From Gammaproteobacteria bacterium (GTDB taxonomy: Bacteria; Pseudomonadota; Gammaproteobacteria; SZUA-229), in assembly GCA_022712755.1 (NCBI GenBank), contig JAFLJY010000279.1:1-45301 (forward strand): a DNA stretch of 45,301 bases, written 5' to 3'. The translations under genes were made by a program, and so were the position numbers. Positions within the stretch are counted from its first letter, which is position 1. The number at the start of each line of letters is the position of its first letter. A model generated the notes under the pieces. That model made no database searches, had not been told where the DNA came from, and saw nothing but the letters and a program-made list of their open reading frames with translations. Positions 16,792 through 26,437 of the stretch are shown in pieces.

Positions 16792-18518
16792 TGGCTCGCT
16801 TTTATCGGCTTGCTTTTATCGGCTAATAGCCTGGACAATTCACTAATGCGCTTTTTCACAGCTTCACGTGAGAAACTACTCTGATTGCTTTTAGACTTAA
16901 GCAAACTCGCTTCATAAAATTTAACTGCTTGCTGTTGTTTGCCCAACTGATCCAAACTCACCGCAAGATTAAAAACATAATCTGCACTTTCATTATTATG
17001 TTGCCAGGCATTAAAATAATATTGTTGTGCAGATTTCCAGTTATTCTGCTGCGCATAAATATTACCCAGTGCAAAATTAAGGTGATGCGCATTCGGGTTC
17101 TTCTGTAGTACAGATAGTAAATATTCTTTATCAGCAGGCGAAGATTGCTTATCAGGCAAATTTGACAGTGCTGCCAGTGCAGCTATCGCAATGGAATCAC
17201 GAGGATCCAGTTCTAATAGTGTTAAATAAATATTCTGTGCTAGCTGATGATTTTTTTCGATAACCGCTATCGCAGCCAACCCTAGCAATGCGTCCCGGTT
17301 GTTTTCTTCGAGTAATAAAACAGATTGATATAATGTTGCGGCTTCACCATAGCGGGCATTTTCATAAGCCAACCAGGCTGTGTCGAGCTGTTCTCCAACA
17401 GGATCAGCCTTTTTTGTTTTTTGTATTGAGACTGCGGATGCTGTGGCTTTTGATGCTGAGACTATTGGTGTTGCGGCTTTATCGCTTGCTAATTTATTTT
17501 TGGCGATCGTATCGGCGTGACTATCTGCCTGCTGTTTCGGGATCGAAGTTGCCTGACTCACCACCGAGTTATCCGCCTGGTTAGTCGCTTGAGTAATAGA
17601 TTGTTCTGCAATAAGTTGCTGCTTTGCAAGCAATACTTTTTCTTCAAGATCGGCATCACTCACCAGGTTACGAATAATTTCTGATTTTACAGGTATTGTT
17701 TCATCGTTTGTTTTAGAACGCATAGCCTGCATTGCAATCTGGTGCTTGCGTTCTAACAGTCTAATTTCTTCCTGCATGTCTTTATAATAAAACATGCCGC
17801 CAGAAACCAGTACGCCGAGGCTAATAATTAAAATGCTGAAAACCAGGGCTCTTCTACCTTTTTTTACTTCACGGTTGGTTTTATATATCAGCATTGATAA
17901 GGCTTCGTCTGACAGGCTTTCGCCACTGTAGCCGTTGCCGTTATTTTTTTTCTCTAAACTTAATCCTTCTGTTTCTATGCTTTTACCGTCATTAAAATGA
18001 GCCTTTTCTAAATGACTATGATTATAGATTTCATCCTCATCAAGCATTAACTCTTCATTGCCATCCTGTCTATCATCCATGCCCTGCAAACTTAATTCTG
18101 CAGTCGCCAGAATCGCTTCATCACTTGCCCGGGTTTTATCATTTGCATCCTTAGGTTCGTTAATCGCACCGTCTTCCTGGCTCTTTGCGAAATACCGTCC
18201 ATCCATGGACATAACCGCACCGCCTTCCTGGCTCTTTGCGCCACTATGTAAACATCGCCGTCCATCCATGGACATAATCGCACCGCCATCCGTGGCTCCT
18301 TGCGAAATACCGTCCTTCCTGGACATAATCGCACCGCCATCCGTGGCTCCTTGCGAAATACCGTCCTTCCTGGACATAACAGCACGTCCGTGTGTCACTG
18401 CTCTCTGCTCAGACATTGATGAAATTTCGTTTATTTCATCCGAACCTGCCTGTTCAAGCTGCAACGCTTTTTGTTTATCGTCCGCCGCTTTTTTCAGGGC
18501 ATCCAGTAGTAAACTCAC
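16788..18518 (-). CDS. TPR protein (MshN-like) carrying an in-frame repeat insertion
   Basis: MSLLLDALKKA N-terminus, one TM segment, C-terminal TPRs, and an ~85-aa repeat-derived insert. Confidence 0.8.
   Translation of the reverse strand: MSLLLDALKKAADDKQKALQLEQAGSDEINEISSMSEQRAVTHGRAVMSRKDGISQGATDGGAIMSRKDGISQGATDGGAIMSMDGRRCLHSGAKSQEGGAVMSMDGRYFAKSQEDGAINEPKDANDKTRASDEAILATAELSLQGMDDRQDGNEELMLDEDEIYNHSHLEKAHFNDGKSIETEGLSLEKKNNGNGYSGESLSDEALSMLIYKTNREVKKGRRALVFSILIISLGVLVSGGMFYYKDMQEEIRLLERKHQIAMQAMRSKTNDETIPVKSEIIRNLVSDADLEEKVLLAKQQLIAEQSITQATNQADNSVVSQATSIPKQQADSHADTIAKNKLASDKAATPIVSASKATASAVSIQKTKKADPVGEQLDTAWLAYENARYGEAATLYQSVLLLEENNRDALLGLAAIAVIEKNHQLAQNIYLTLLELDPRDSIAIAALAALSNLPDKQSSPADKEYLLSVLQKNPNAHHLNFALGNIYAQQNNWKSAQQYYFNAWQHNNESADYVFNLAVSLDQLGKQQQAVKFYEASLLKSKSNQSSFSREAVKKRISELSRLLADKSKPIKASQ
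18146..18399 (-). repeat. Tandemly amplified GGA-loop hairpin element inside a CDS
   Basis: Four units of 51, 63, 51 and 51 bp (18161-18376) with the same ends as 5041-5142. Confidence 0.92.
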
Positions 18519-18553
18519 TATAATAAACTCATGATTTTGTCTTATGCCTTATT

Positions 18554-20245
18554 TTAGGGCGAGTCTACGGCAAGATTATTTGATGTTTCCTGCTGCAGGT
18601 CTTCTAACAAATATTTTTTATAATCTGCTAAATCGCCATCAAGACTGGCATCTTGCATAACCACCGGACGAATAAAAATAACCAGTTCAGATTTAATATA
18701 TTCTTCATCAGTAAAAGAAAACAAAGCACCTAAAAATGGAATGCTGGATAAAATGGGCACACCACGATTTTCTTTATTGATTTGATCCTGCATCAAACCA
18801 CCGATAACAGCGGTTTCTCCATTATTGATTTTTAACATGGTTTCAATTTCCCTAACCTGAATAACGGGTATCTGGCTAACCACGCCCTGCTCCGCCAGTA
18901 GCGGATTCGGGTCATTTACAAAACGTATAATTCTTGAAATAGTGGGTCGTACATTCATGGTTACGACTTGCTCTTCATCAATATAGGGCGTGACCGCCAT
19001 AACAAAACCAACTGGGACTGTATTTACCGTTGTGTCTACCGTAGTCAATGCATCTGTGTTCTGATTACCGGGAACAACATTGACATCGATATTGAAATAT
19101 ACTTCATTATCGACCACTTTTAGTATTGCGGTCTGGTTGTTTAATGCCATTACTTTCGGGCTTGATAACACTTTGACGTCGCCAAAGGTTTCTAATGCTT
19201 TTAAAGTAATATTCAGTGGGTTGCCATTAATGCTTCCGGTTGTTGCCAGCTGAAAGAAGGGTGAAGCACCCAGAGCGCCTCCGATAACATCCTGTATACC
19301 CCCCTTTGCTAATACCGTCTGACCACCGACAGTTGTGGTTTCACTAATTAGAGACCAGTCGATACCGGCCTGGTAATGATCACTTAAACGCACTTCGGCA
19401 ACGGTAGCTTCTATTAATACCTGACGCTGTACATTACCAACAACCCGGTCAATAAAGTTTTTAATGGTTTTATGCATCTTTGCTGTGGCGCGCACGGCAA
19501 TAACGCCGGCTTCACGGTTGACGATAATATTGTTACCCGTTGCCATACGAGAACCTGAGCCACCCTTTATTTCCTCGCCTAATAAACCCGCTATATTGCG
19601 CGACAGGGTTGTCCAGAATTCATTAACACTCTTGTTTTCAATTTCTGAACTGGCTTTATTGTCACTACCGCTGCTGCCACCACCACCTTTCTTTTGTATG
19701 CCTGTACTGGTGGCGCCGATCTCTGTTGATACACTTACGCTACCGCTACTGGAGCGGTCGATATTTAAATAATTGATATTGTAGCTGTGCAGATACGGCT
19801 TATCTGCCATCACTTTCAGCGTATTACCTTCAACAAAATAGACAATATCAGTCTGCGACGCAATTCGGTCTAAAATTTTCGGCAAGGTCTGATCTATCGC
19901 ATTCATCGTGATCTTGCCTTTGATATTGTTATCAATATCCAGATTCAGTTCGGCATCTCTTGCCATGGAAAATAATAATTCACGAATCGGCACCTGATTG
20001 ACGACAACGGTATAGGTTTCCAGTTTTTCGCGTTTTCCGGGGCGCGGCAAAACCGGCACCCGGGTTACTGGCAATGGGATATTTGTTTTTTTCTCTGCTG
20101 CTTCATCAACTTTTGATTTGATATGCCCTTCTGAAATTGTCGGTGGATTGGTAGCACCACAGGCGACAACAAGAACGGCTGTCGCTACCGCGAAACTATA
20201 TTGTAAGATTTGTTTACTAAATTCAGGTTTTTTTATTTTTATCAT
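18554..20245 (-). CDS. mshL: Lipoprotein secretin, MshL type
   Basis: Lipobox VVAC, STN-like N-domain, QVLIEATVAEVRL, VLSSPKVMALNNQTA, and IPFLGALF. Confidence 0.88.
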   Translation of the reverse strand: MIKIKKPEFSKQILQYSFAVATAVLVVACGATNPPTISEGHIKSKVDEAAEKKTNIPLPVTRVPVLPRPGKREKLETYTVVVNQVPIRELLFSMARDAELNLDIDNNIKGKITMNAIDQTLPKILDRIASQTDIVYFVEGNTLKVMADKPYLHSYNINYLNIDRSSSGSVSVSTEIGATSTGIQKKGGGGSSGSDNKASSEIENKSVNEFWTTLSRNIAGLLGEEIKGGSGSRMATGNNIIVNREAGVIAVRATAKMHKTIKNFIDRVVGNVQRQVLIEATVAEVRLSDHYQAGIDWSLISETTTVGGQTVLAKGGIQDVIGGALGASPFFQLATTGSINGNPLNITLKALETFGDVKVLSSPKVMALNNQTAILKVVDNEVYFNIDVNVVPGNQNTDALTTVDTTVNTVPVGFVMAVTPYIDEEQVVTMNVRPTISRIIRFVNDPNPLLAEQGVVSQIPVIQVREIETMLKINNGETAVIGGLMQDQINKENRGVPILSSIPFLGALFSFTDEEYIKSELVIFIRPVVMQDASLDGDLADYKKYLLEDLQQETSNNLAVDSP

Positions 20246-20290
20246 TTTATGGGTTTGCTAAATTCAGGTTTAACCAACGTAGTCGAAATT

Positions 20291-21784
20291 TTATTGTGTT
20301 GCTGCGGTCATTTTCACCTGGTCTTTTTTTAATGTGCTGATGCGACGTAAATAAGGATCACTTGCTTTTAAAGAAGAAGGTAGCGTTCTCAGCGTTTCAA
20401 TAGCCTTATCGCGAGTGTCAAAATCGTTGTACAGTACGCCGTACCATGCACGCCCGTTTATTACTGTTTCATAGAGGTAAACCCGGGTAAAATCAAGCGT
20501 TGCGGGGGTATCGCGTAGAAATGCTTCGACTTTATCCGCATCAATGGTTCGCGCCAAAAATAGCTGAATGCTATAGTGATTGCCTGCCGTCTCATGCAGC
20601 CATTGTCTGGTTATTTCCAGGCGCTCGGTTATGCTGTCAGGTGCAACTTTTTTCTGCTCATTATTATTTTTTACTGGCGGATGTTGAATACTCACTGCCG
20701 GCGAAACCGCTGCTTGTTGTGCGTTAGTCACAGGCATCTGTTTTAATGGTTGCAGCGCTACTGAGTCCGGCTTTTTCGGGTCATTATTTATTCGCTCTGA
20801 CTTTACTGATGCCGGCTTTATTAATGTTGGCTTTATTAAGGCTGTCTCCGCCTGGCTGAAAATACCCAGATGGTTACTTCCCATATAATAACCGCTAGTT
20901 AACGCAAGGATGACTAAAATAAAACCACCAGCAAGGTATAAGTTATTCTTATTCTGGCTAACTTTGTGGCCGATTTTATTAAATTCGCTATCCAGCGCAG
21001 CTGACTTTATGTGTGACGGGGTGACGGTATGACTGCCTTCTGAATATGCCGCCATTAATGATTTGTCGGCAATAATATTTATTCGCCGTGTTAACCCATC
21101 AGAATATTTTTTTACTACACCTGCCGTTTTTTTATTAAATATATCCGGACCTTTATAGCCGACTGCACGTAAGCGGAAATTCAGATACTGCAAGGTATCC
21201 TCCGGCGCAAACGGTGATAAATTAAAGCTATGGGTAATACGTTCTTTTAGCTGGCGTATATGTGGCTGGGCAAGTTTTTCATCCAGTTCAGGCTGACCAA
21301 ACAATACCATCTGTAATAATTTGTTTTCATCTGTTTCCAGATTGCTTAACAGCCGAATCTCTTCCAGCGTTTCTATCGGCATGCTCTGCGCTTCTTCAAC
21401 AAACAGGACCACCTGTCGATTGTCAGCATGTTTTTTTAACAGATACGTCTGTATCTGCTGCATGATAGTTACTTTATTCGTCTCACCCTTTACATCGAGA
21501 TGTAATTCATGTGCGATGACTTGCAGAATATTGTCGGGGGACAGGCTTGGATTGGCGATGTAAATGACATCAACATTACCGGATAATCTGACTTCCAGCA
21601 TGCGGCACAACATGGTTTTACCACTACCCACTTCACCGACAACTTTAATGATACCTTCGCCGCTGTTAATGGCATACATTAATGCCTCTAACGCCGCACC
21701 GCGCTGACTGCCTTCAAAAAACAGACTGGTATCCGGGGTAATTTTAAAAGGCGGGCGACTTAGGCCAAAAAACTCCTGGTACAT
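20291..21784 (-). CDS. ExeA/MshM-type AAA ATPase with a C-terminal SPOR-like domain
   Basis: MYQEFFGLSRPPFKITPD, GEVGSGKTMLCR, LEEIRLLSNLET, a TM segment, and a C-terminal YSIQL...PYLR DamX-like domain. Confidence 0.88.
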   Translation of the reverse strand: MYQEFFGLSRPPFKITPDTSLFFEGSQRGAALEALMYAINSGEGIIKVVGEVGSGKTMLCRMLEVRLSGNVDVIYIANPSLSPDNILQVIAHELHLDVKGETNKVTIMQQIQTYLLKKHADNRQVVLFVEEAQSMPIETLEEIRLLSNLETDENKLLQMVLFGQPELDEKLAQPHIRQLKERITHSFNLSPFAPEDTLQYLNFRLRAVGYKGPDIFNKKTAGVVKKYSDGLTRRINIIADKSLMAAYSEGSHTVTPSHIKSAALDSEFNKIGHKVSQNKNNLYLAGGFILVILALTSGYYMGSNHLGIFSQAETALIKPTLIKPASVKSERINNDPKKPDSVALQPLKQMPVTNAQQAAVSPAVSIQHPPVKNNNEQKKVAPDSITERLEITRQWLHETAGNHYSIQLFLARTIDADKVEAFLRDTPATLDFTRVYLYETVINGRAWYGVLYNDFDTRDKAIETLRTLPSSLKASDPYLRRISTLKKDQVKMTAATQ

Positions 21785-21842
21785 TAGCTATCCATCAATT
21801 TGATTCTGCCAGGCATCATGAGACTGACTGCGGACAATCTCC

Positions 21843-22006
21843 TGGGAGCTTGTCCGCGAATAGAAATCGTAGCGAGGGGAAGCTGATTTGAGTCAGATTT
21901 TTTCATTATTTGAGGAGAATATAGGTATATTTAACGAAAATAATGGAAAAATCTGGCCAAATTCAGCTTTTCCGCAGTAGGTTCTCTATTCTCGGACAAG
22001 CTCCTA
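21843..22006. mobile_element. MITE-like long palindromic element
   Basis: ~22-bp terminal inverted repeats (TGGGAGCTTGTCCGCGAATAGA / TCTATTCTCGGACAAGCTCCTA), complementary internal arms, and no ORF. Confidence 0.75.
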
Positions 22007-23446
22007 GGTTCCATGTTTTTGCACACGACTATATAATGTTGTACGATTAATCTTTAATGCACTTGCCGCTTTACTAACATTGTTGTCGTGCATTTCCAGG
22101 GCGATTCGAATGCAGCGACTTTCAATCTCGTCGATAAGTTTATCCAGATCAAATTCATCTGCACGTATTTTCTGCATAATCATTTCATCACTCACTGAAG
22201 TCGCATTTTCTACCAGTTTGGTGGCCGACAACTGAGTCTCCAGCTCATCCATTAATTGTGCTTTATTAACACTTTGCCCTGGGTATTTTGTACCCAGACG
22301 GATAACGATATTCCTTAACTCGCGCACGTTGCCCGGATAATCATATTGCTGCCAAAGTTCTCTGGCACTTTCATCAAGGACAAAAGGCGAAACCGTATCT
22401 GCATACATTTCAATAAAGGTGTTTAACAACAGAAAAACATCATCACCTCTTAAACTGAGTGATGGCAGCTGAATATTCAGGATGCTTAGCCGATGATATA
22501 AATCATTTCTGAAGTTGCCGTTTTTCACTTCTTCAGACAGGTTTTTGTTGGTTGCCGCCAGTATTCTTGCCTGCGAATGCAGCTCTCTGGTTTCACCAAC
22601 GCGATAAAACTCGCCACTCTCTATAACACGCAGGAGTTTACCCTGTAACGGCAACGGTAACTCACCAATTTCATCCAGTAGCAAGGTGCCTTTGCCAACC
22701 TCCATAAAAAAGCCCTTATGCGCCTGTGTCGCACCGGTAAACGCACCTTTGGCATGACCAAATAATTGTGCCTCCAGTAAATCCGGCGCTATCGCTGCAC
22801 AGTTAATCGCCATATAAGGCTCACCACTGCGTTTACTGTTCTCGTGTAAAGCGCGGGCAACCAGCTCTTTTCCAGTGCCGGATGCGCCTTCAAGCAACAC
22901 TGGGAAAGGGGAGTCGGCAAATTGTGAAATCTGATTGTTCACCATTTGCATAGCAATACTATCGCCAATAATCGAAACCGTTTTTTGCGCATCACGCTGC
23001 TGGTCAATTTCGTGTAGACGCTGATGATGCTGCAAACGTGCCAGCAACAGCTCAGGTTCTGCCGGTTTGGCAATAAAATCAACCGCACCGATTGTAAGTG
23101 CGTGCTGGATATTTACGTCATTATCCTGACCCGATAATACCAGGACTTTCATGTTCGGCTGCAATGACAATAACTCACGGATAAGGGCAAAACCTTCATC
23201 CGGTTTATGTGGATAGGGCGGCAGGCCAAGATCTATCAAAGCCAAACCGGGCAGACCCTTATTGTCATTAATTTTCTGGATTGCCTGGTGGCGTGACTCA
23301 GCAGTGATGAGATTATATTGTTTGCGCAGCATAAAACCCAAACCTTCAATAATCAAAGGATCATCATCTACCAGTAATAAACAGGCGGGTGTTTTTACTG
23401 AAGCGCCAGCATCGGCCGCTATGTCTTGTTGCTCATTTTCTTGCAT
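22004..23446 (-). CDS. Sigma54-dependent response regulator (PrsR/PilR-like)
   Basis: Receiver VDDD...DLGLPP, GASGTGKE, GAFTGA, and Fis-type HTH. The likely start is MQENE at 23446 rather than 23524. Confidence 0.9.
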   Translation of the reverse strand: MQENEQQDIAADAGASVKTPACLLLVDDDPLIIEGLGFMLRKQYNLITAESRHQAIQKINDNKGLPGLALIDLGLPPYPHKPDEGFALIRELLSLQPNMKVLVLSGQDNDVNIQHALTIGAVDFIAKPAEPELLLARLQHHQRLHEIDQQRDAQKTVSIIGDSIAMQMVNNQISQFADSPFPVLLEGASGTGKELVARALHENSKRSGEPYMAINCAAIAPDLLEAQLFGHAKGAFTGATQAHKGFFMEVGKGTLLLDEIGELPLPLQGKLLRVIESGEFYRVGETRELHSQARILAATNKNLSEEVKNGNFRNDLYHRLSILNIQLPSLSLRGDDVFLLLNTFIEMYADTVSPFVLDESARELWQQYDYPGNVRELRNIVIRLGTKYPGQSVNKAQLMDELETQLSATKLVENATSVSDEMIMQKIRADEFDLDKLIDEIESRCIRIALEMHDNNVSKAASALKINRTTLYSRVQKHGT

Positions 23447-23466
23447 CCAATTTCCCCAAAAAACTT

Positions 23467-23482
23467 TGTCATAATTATGACA
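23467..23482. promoter_or_regulatory. Perfect palindrome TGTCATAATTATGACA, candidate autoregulatory operator
   Basis: Lies 20 bp upstream of the regulator start codon; TGTC-N8-GACA geometry. Confidence 0.55.
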
Positions 23483-23569
23483 CTTTATATAGCAGAAATG
23501 TTGGCATGTTTTATCATGTCGCACTGAATTAACGGATTATTTACAAACTTGTATGCTTAAATAGGCGAT

Positions 23570-24025
23570 ATGTTTAATATTGTTCTCTACCAGCCTGAAA
23601 TCCCACCCAATACCGGCAACATTATTCGCCTTTGCGCCAATACCGGCTGTTATTTACATTTAATTGAACCGCTGGGGTTTAAGCTTGAGGATAAACAACT
23701 GCGCCGTGCCGGCCTGGACTACCACGAGTGGGCGGACATTAAAACCTACAACAGTATTGAAGAGCTTAAACCTAAACAAAGTCTTTATGCGCTGGAAACA
23801 AAAGGTAAAAAACACTACCATCAGGCACATTTTAATGCGGGTGATTATCTTTTATTTGGACCGGAAACACGCGGGCTGCCTGAAGAATATCTAAATTGGC
23901 TAGATGTTGATCATGTTCTACGCCTGCCCATGCTGGAACATAGTCGCAGTCTAAACCTTTCAAACACTGTCGCCATCGTAACCTATGAGGCATTACGGCA
24001 GAATCAGTTTGGCAGATTATATTAA
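23570..24025 (+). CDS. trmL: tRNA (cytidine/uridine-34 2'-O)-methyltransferase
   Basis: [32 protein letters not shown], and SLNLSN. Confidence 0.95.
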   Translation: MFNIVLYQPEIPPNTGNIIRLCANTGCYLHLIEPLGFKLEDKQLRRAGLDYHEWADIKTYNSIEELKPKQSLYALETKGKKHYHQAHFNAGDYLLFGPETRGLPEEYLNWLDVDHVLRLPMLEHSRSLNLSNTVAIVTYEALRQNQFGRLY

Positions 24026-25038
24026 ATTGTTTCGCTTGAAGAGCTACGGCTTAACAGTGTCTGCACTGCTTCATCTATTGGGCAGTTTTCATATAGAACA
24101 CGGTAAACCTGCTCAGAAATTGGCACTTCAACATGATATTTTCGCGCCAGCTCAACCACCTCTTTTGTGGTTTTTATGCCCTCAATTGCCTGACCTATCT
24201 CTTTATGCACCTGCTCCAGCGTTTTTCCCTGCGCCAGTAACAAGCCGGTTTGTCGGTTGCGTGACTGGTTATCGGTGCAGGTCAATATTAAATCACCCAT
24301 GCCGGCCAACCCCATGAAGGTTTCACGTTTGCCGCCCATGGCTTCACCCAGGCGCATCATTTCTGCCAGGCCGCGGGTTATTAACGCAGCACGGGTATTG
24401 GCACCAAAACCCAAACCATCCGCTGCCCCTGCAGCAATGGCCAGTACATTTTTAAAGGAGCCACCCAGCTCAACACCGATAAGATCAGTGCTTAAATACA
24501 CACGAAAACGACCGCTGTGCAAATCATCACTAATCTGACTGGAAAATGATTCTGAGGTCGAGGCAACGGTAATAGAGGTGGGTAAATTTCGTGCAACCTC
24601 ACCGGCAAATGTCGGCCCTGACATCACCGCCAATTTTTTACAATGTGGCAATTCTTCGGTTATTACCTGATGAATCAGTTTGCCACTGCCCTGCTCCAGA
24701 CCTTTGCTGGCCCAGGCTATGCCGATGTTTTCAGCAAACAAATATTTATTTTTTCGTAAAAAAGAACGGTAAGCATGGCTGGGGATCGCCATCAGAATCC
24801 ACGCTGGCGATGCCAGTGCCTGCTCTATATCAGCAGTTAGTTGCAGCAGATCAGGAAAGGTGACATCGGGTAAAAACTGTTGATTGCAGCGTTGCTCTTT
24901 TAAAAGCTGAACATGATCAGCTTCATTCCCCCACAATAATACCTGATGTTCAGCCCTGGCCAGATGAACTGCCAGTGCCGTCCCCCAGGAACCCGCGCCC
25001 AGCACTACAATAGGGTGTTTTTGATCAACAAGTGACAT
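24022..25038 (-). CDS. gpsA: NAD(P)H-dependent glycerol-3-phosphate dehydrogenase
   Basis: [25 protein letters not shown], and [14 protein letters not shown]. Confidence 0.96.
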   Translation of the reverse strand: MSLVDQKHPIVVLGAGSWGTALAVHLARAEHQVLLWGNEADHVQLLKEQRCNQQFLPDVTFPDLLQLTADIEQALASPAWILMAIPSHAYRSFLRKNKYLFAENIGIAWASKGLEQGSGKLIHQVITEELPHCKKLAVMSGPTFAGEVARNLPTSITVASTSESFSSQISDDLHSGRFRVYLSTDLIGVELGGSFKNVLAIAAGAADGLGFGANTRAALITRGLAEMMRLGEAMGGKRETFMGLAGMGDLILTCTDNQSRNRQTGLLLAQGKTLEQVHKEIGQAIEGIKTTKEVVELARKYHVEVPISEQVYRVLYENCPIDEAVQTLLSRSSSSETI

Positions 25039-25177
25039 GTTTTGTAACTACTCAGCGAATATTAAAAATTAACAGCAACAGCTCAGATTACCCTGTTTTT
25101 ATGTGGCATCCCAGGACATACCGTCCAACTATTTACAAGTAACTTTTACAGGGCTTTATCATACAAACAATTAATTA

Positions 25178-25240
25178 TTTACATGGATTCACAGGATAAA
25201 TAAAATAAAAAATCCTGTTTATCCTGTCCATCCATGTAAA
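25178..25240. repeat. Short palindromic element
   Basis: TTTACATGGATTCACAGGAT ... ATCCTGTTTATCCTGTCCATCCATGTAAA, flanked by a further AAGTAACTT/AAGTTACTT inverted pair. Confidence 0.65.
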
Positions 25241-25292
25241 GTTTTTTCTAAATTGAAGTTACTTAGAAGTGACAGGTAACTACAGCAACCTC

Positions 25293-25790
25293 TTAGTGTG
25301 CTACATCCTTGTCAGTCGGTGCTTCTATTGGCGCGTCTGCTTGCGCTGTGGCCTGTTGCTGCATTTGTTGGCTATACAATGCATTAAAGTTAACTGGGGC
25401 AAGCAATAATTGCGGAAAACCGCCTTTTGAGATTAACTCAGAAACCGCTTCTCTGGCATAAGGAAACAAGGTTTCAGGGCAATAGGCACCTAGCATTCCA
25501 GCCAGATTCTCCTTTGGAAACCCAGACATGGTAAAAATGCCAGCCTGTTTTACTTCGGCAAGAAAAGCCGTTTTTTCTTTGTGTTTTGCCGTTACTGTAA
25601 CTTCTAGCAGCACTTCGTAGATATTATCAGTAATAACTTGATGACTACTGTTTAACTGCACATTGATTTGCGGTTGCCAGTCACCATCGGTAAACGCCTG
25701 TGGCGAATTGGGCGACTCAAAAGAAACGTCTTTTAAATAAATTTTCTGAATAGCAAACTGCTGCTCTTCACTTATGTGCTCTTCGCTCAT
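25293..25790 (-). CDS. secB: Protein-export chaperone SecB
   Basis: IQKIYLKDVSFESPNSP, CPETLFPYARE, and GGFPQLLLAPVNF. Confidence 0.97.
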   Translation of the reverse strand: MSEEHISEEQQFAIQKIYLKDVSFESPNSPQAFTDGDWQPQINVQLNSSHQVITDNIYEVLLEVTVTAKHKEKTAFLAEVKQAGIFTMSGFPKENLAGMLGAYCPETLFPYAREAVSELISKGGFPQLLLAPVNFNALYSQQMQQQATAQADAPIEAPTDKDVAH

Positions 25791-25881
25791 GATTTTTCCT
25801 GATTCGGTGAATGTTATCCCTGGTTCCCTGTAAACTTAGGAACTGGAACGGTAAACTTTCTTAAAAACTTGCAGATTGAGG

Positions 25882-26310
25882 TTATTTTTTAGACAGGGGC
25901 ATATTCGCCTCTTTCCATGCTGCAATGCCGCCTTCCAGATTATTTATATTTTCAAAACCCGCTTTTTTTAACAATTTTAACGCACGCGTAGCTGTTGTGC
26001 CTGAATTACAATAAATTAAAACCGGCTTGTCTTTGAATTTAGCATAACCATCCAGGCCTGCGGCAAACTCATTTAAAGGGGTATTTTTAGCCCCTTTAAT
26101 GTGACCATTTTTGTATTCAGACACAGTGCGAATATCAATTATTAGCGCATCATCATTGTTATTCATTAAACGAATTGCCATTGTCGCTGACAACAGCCTT
26201 CCTTTATTGACCTGATGATCTAATTCGGCTTTTATCAACATCACCAATACCCCGACCAGGGCAGCGAATAATATTAAATTGTTTGATACAAATTCAGAGA
26301 GTTGCTCCAC
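25882..26310 (-). CDS. Membrane-anchored rhodanese-like protein (YibN type)
   Basis: N-terminal TM segment, GHIKGA, active-site loop YCNSG, LEGGIAAW, and position next to secB. Confidence 0.9.
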   Translation of the reverse strand: MEQLSEFVSNNLILFAALVGVLVMLIKAELDHQVNKGRLLSATMAIRLMNNNDDALIIDIRTVSEYKNGHIKGAKNTPLNEFAAGLDGYAKFKDKPVLIYCNSGTTATRALKLLKKAGFENINNLEGGIAAWKEANMPLSKK

Positions 26311-26437
26311 AATGATACCTAATGAAATTGTCCCGTTAGGACATAATTAAAGAAGAAAATTAGTAATAGATTATAACGCTTTGACTGATGTGCAGGCAAA
26401 ATAAGGCGATAGAGTTATCTAATAAAGCAGAATATTA

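Noticed and set aside
18161..18376. CRISPR array or a genuine protein repeat domain
   Set aside because: There are no unique spacers and no cas genes; the units are direct tandem copies of an element that also occurs intergenically.
20217..20271. 14-bp direct repeat CTAAATTCAGGTTT around the mshL start
   Set aside because: There are only two copies; it is most simply a local duplication, like other small in-frame duplications seen here (LIKPTLIKPA, IKIKPVKIK).
21797..21813. Sigma54 promoter upstream of the mshM-like gene (TGGCAGAATCAAATTGA on the minus strand)
   Set aside because: The -24/-12 spacing is 2 bp too long and there is no GC at -12.
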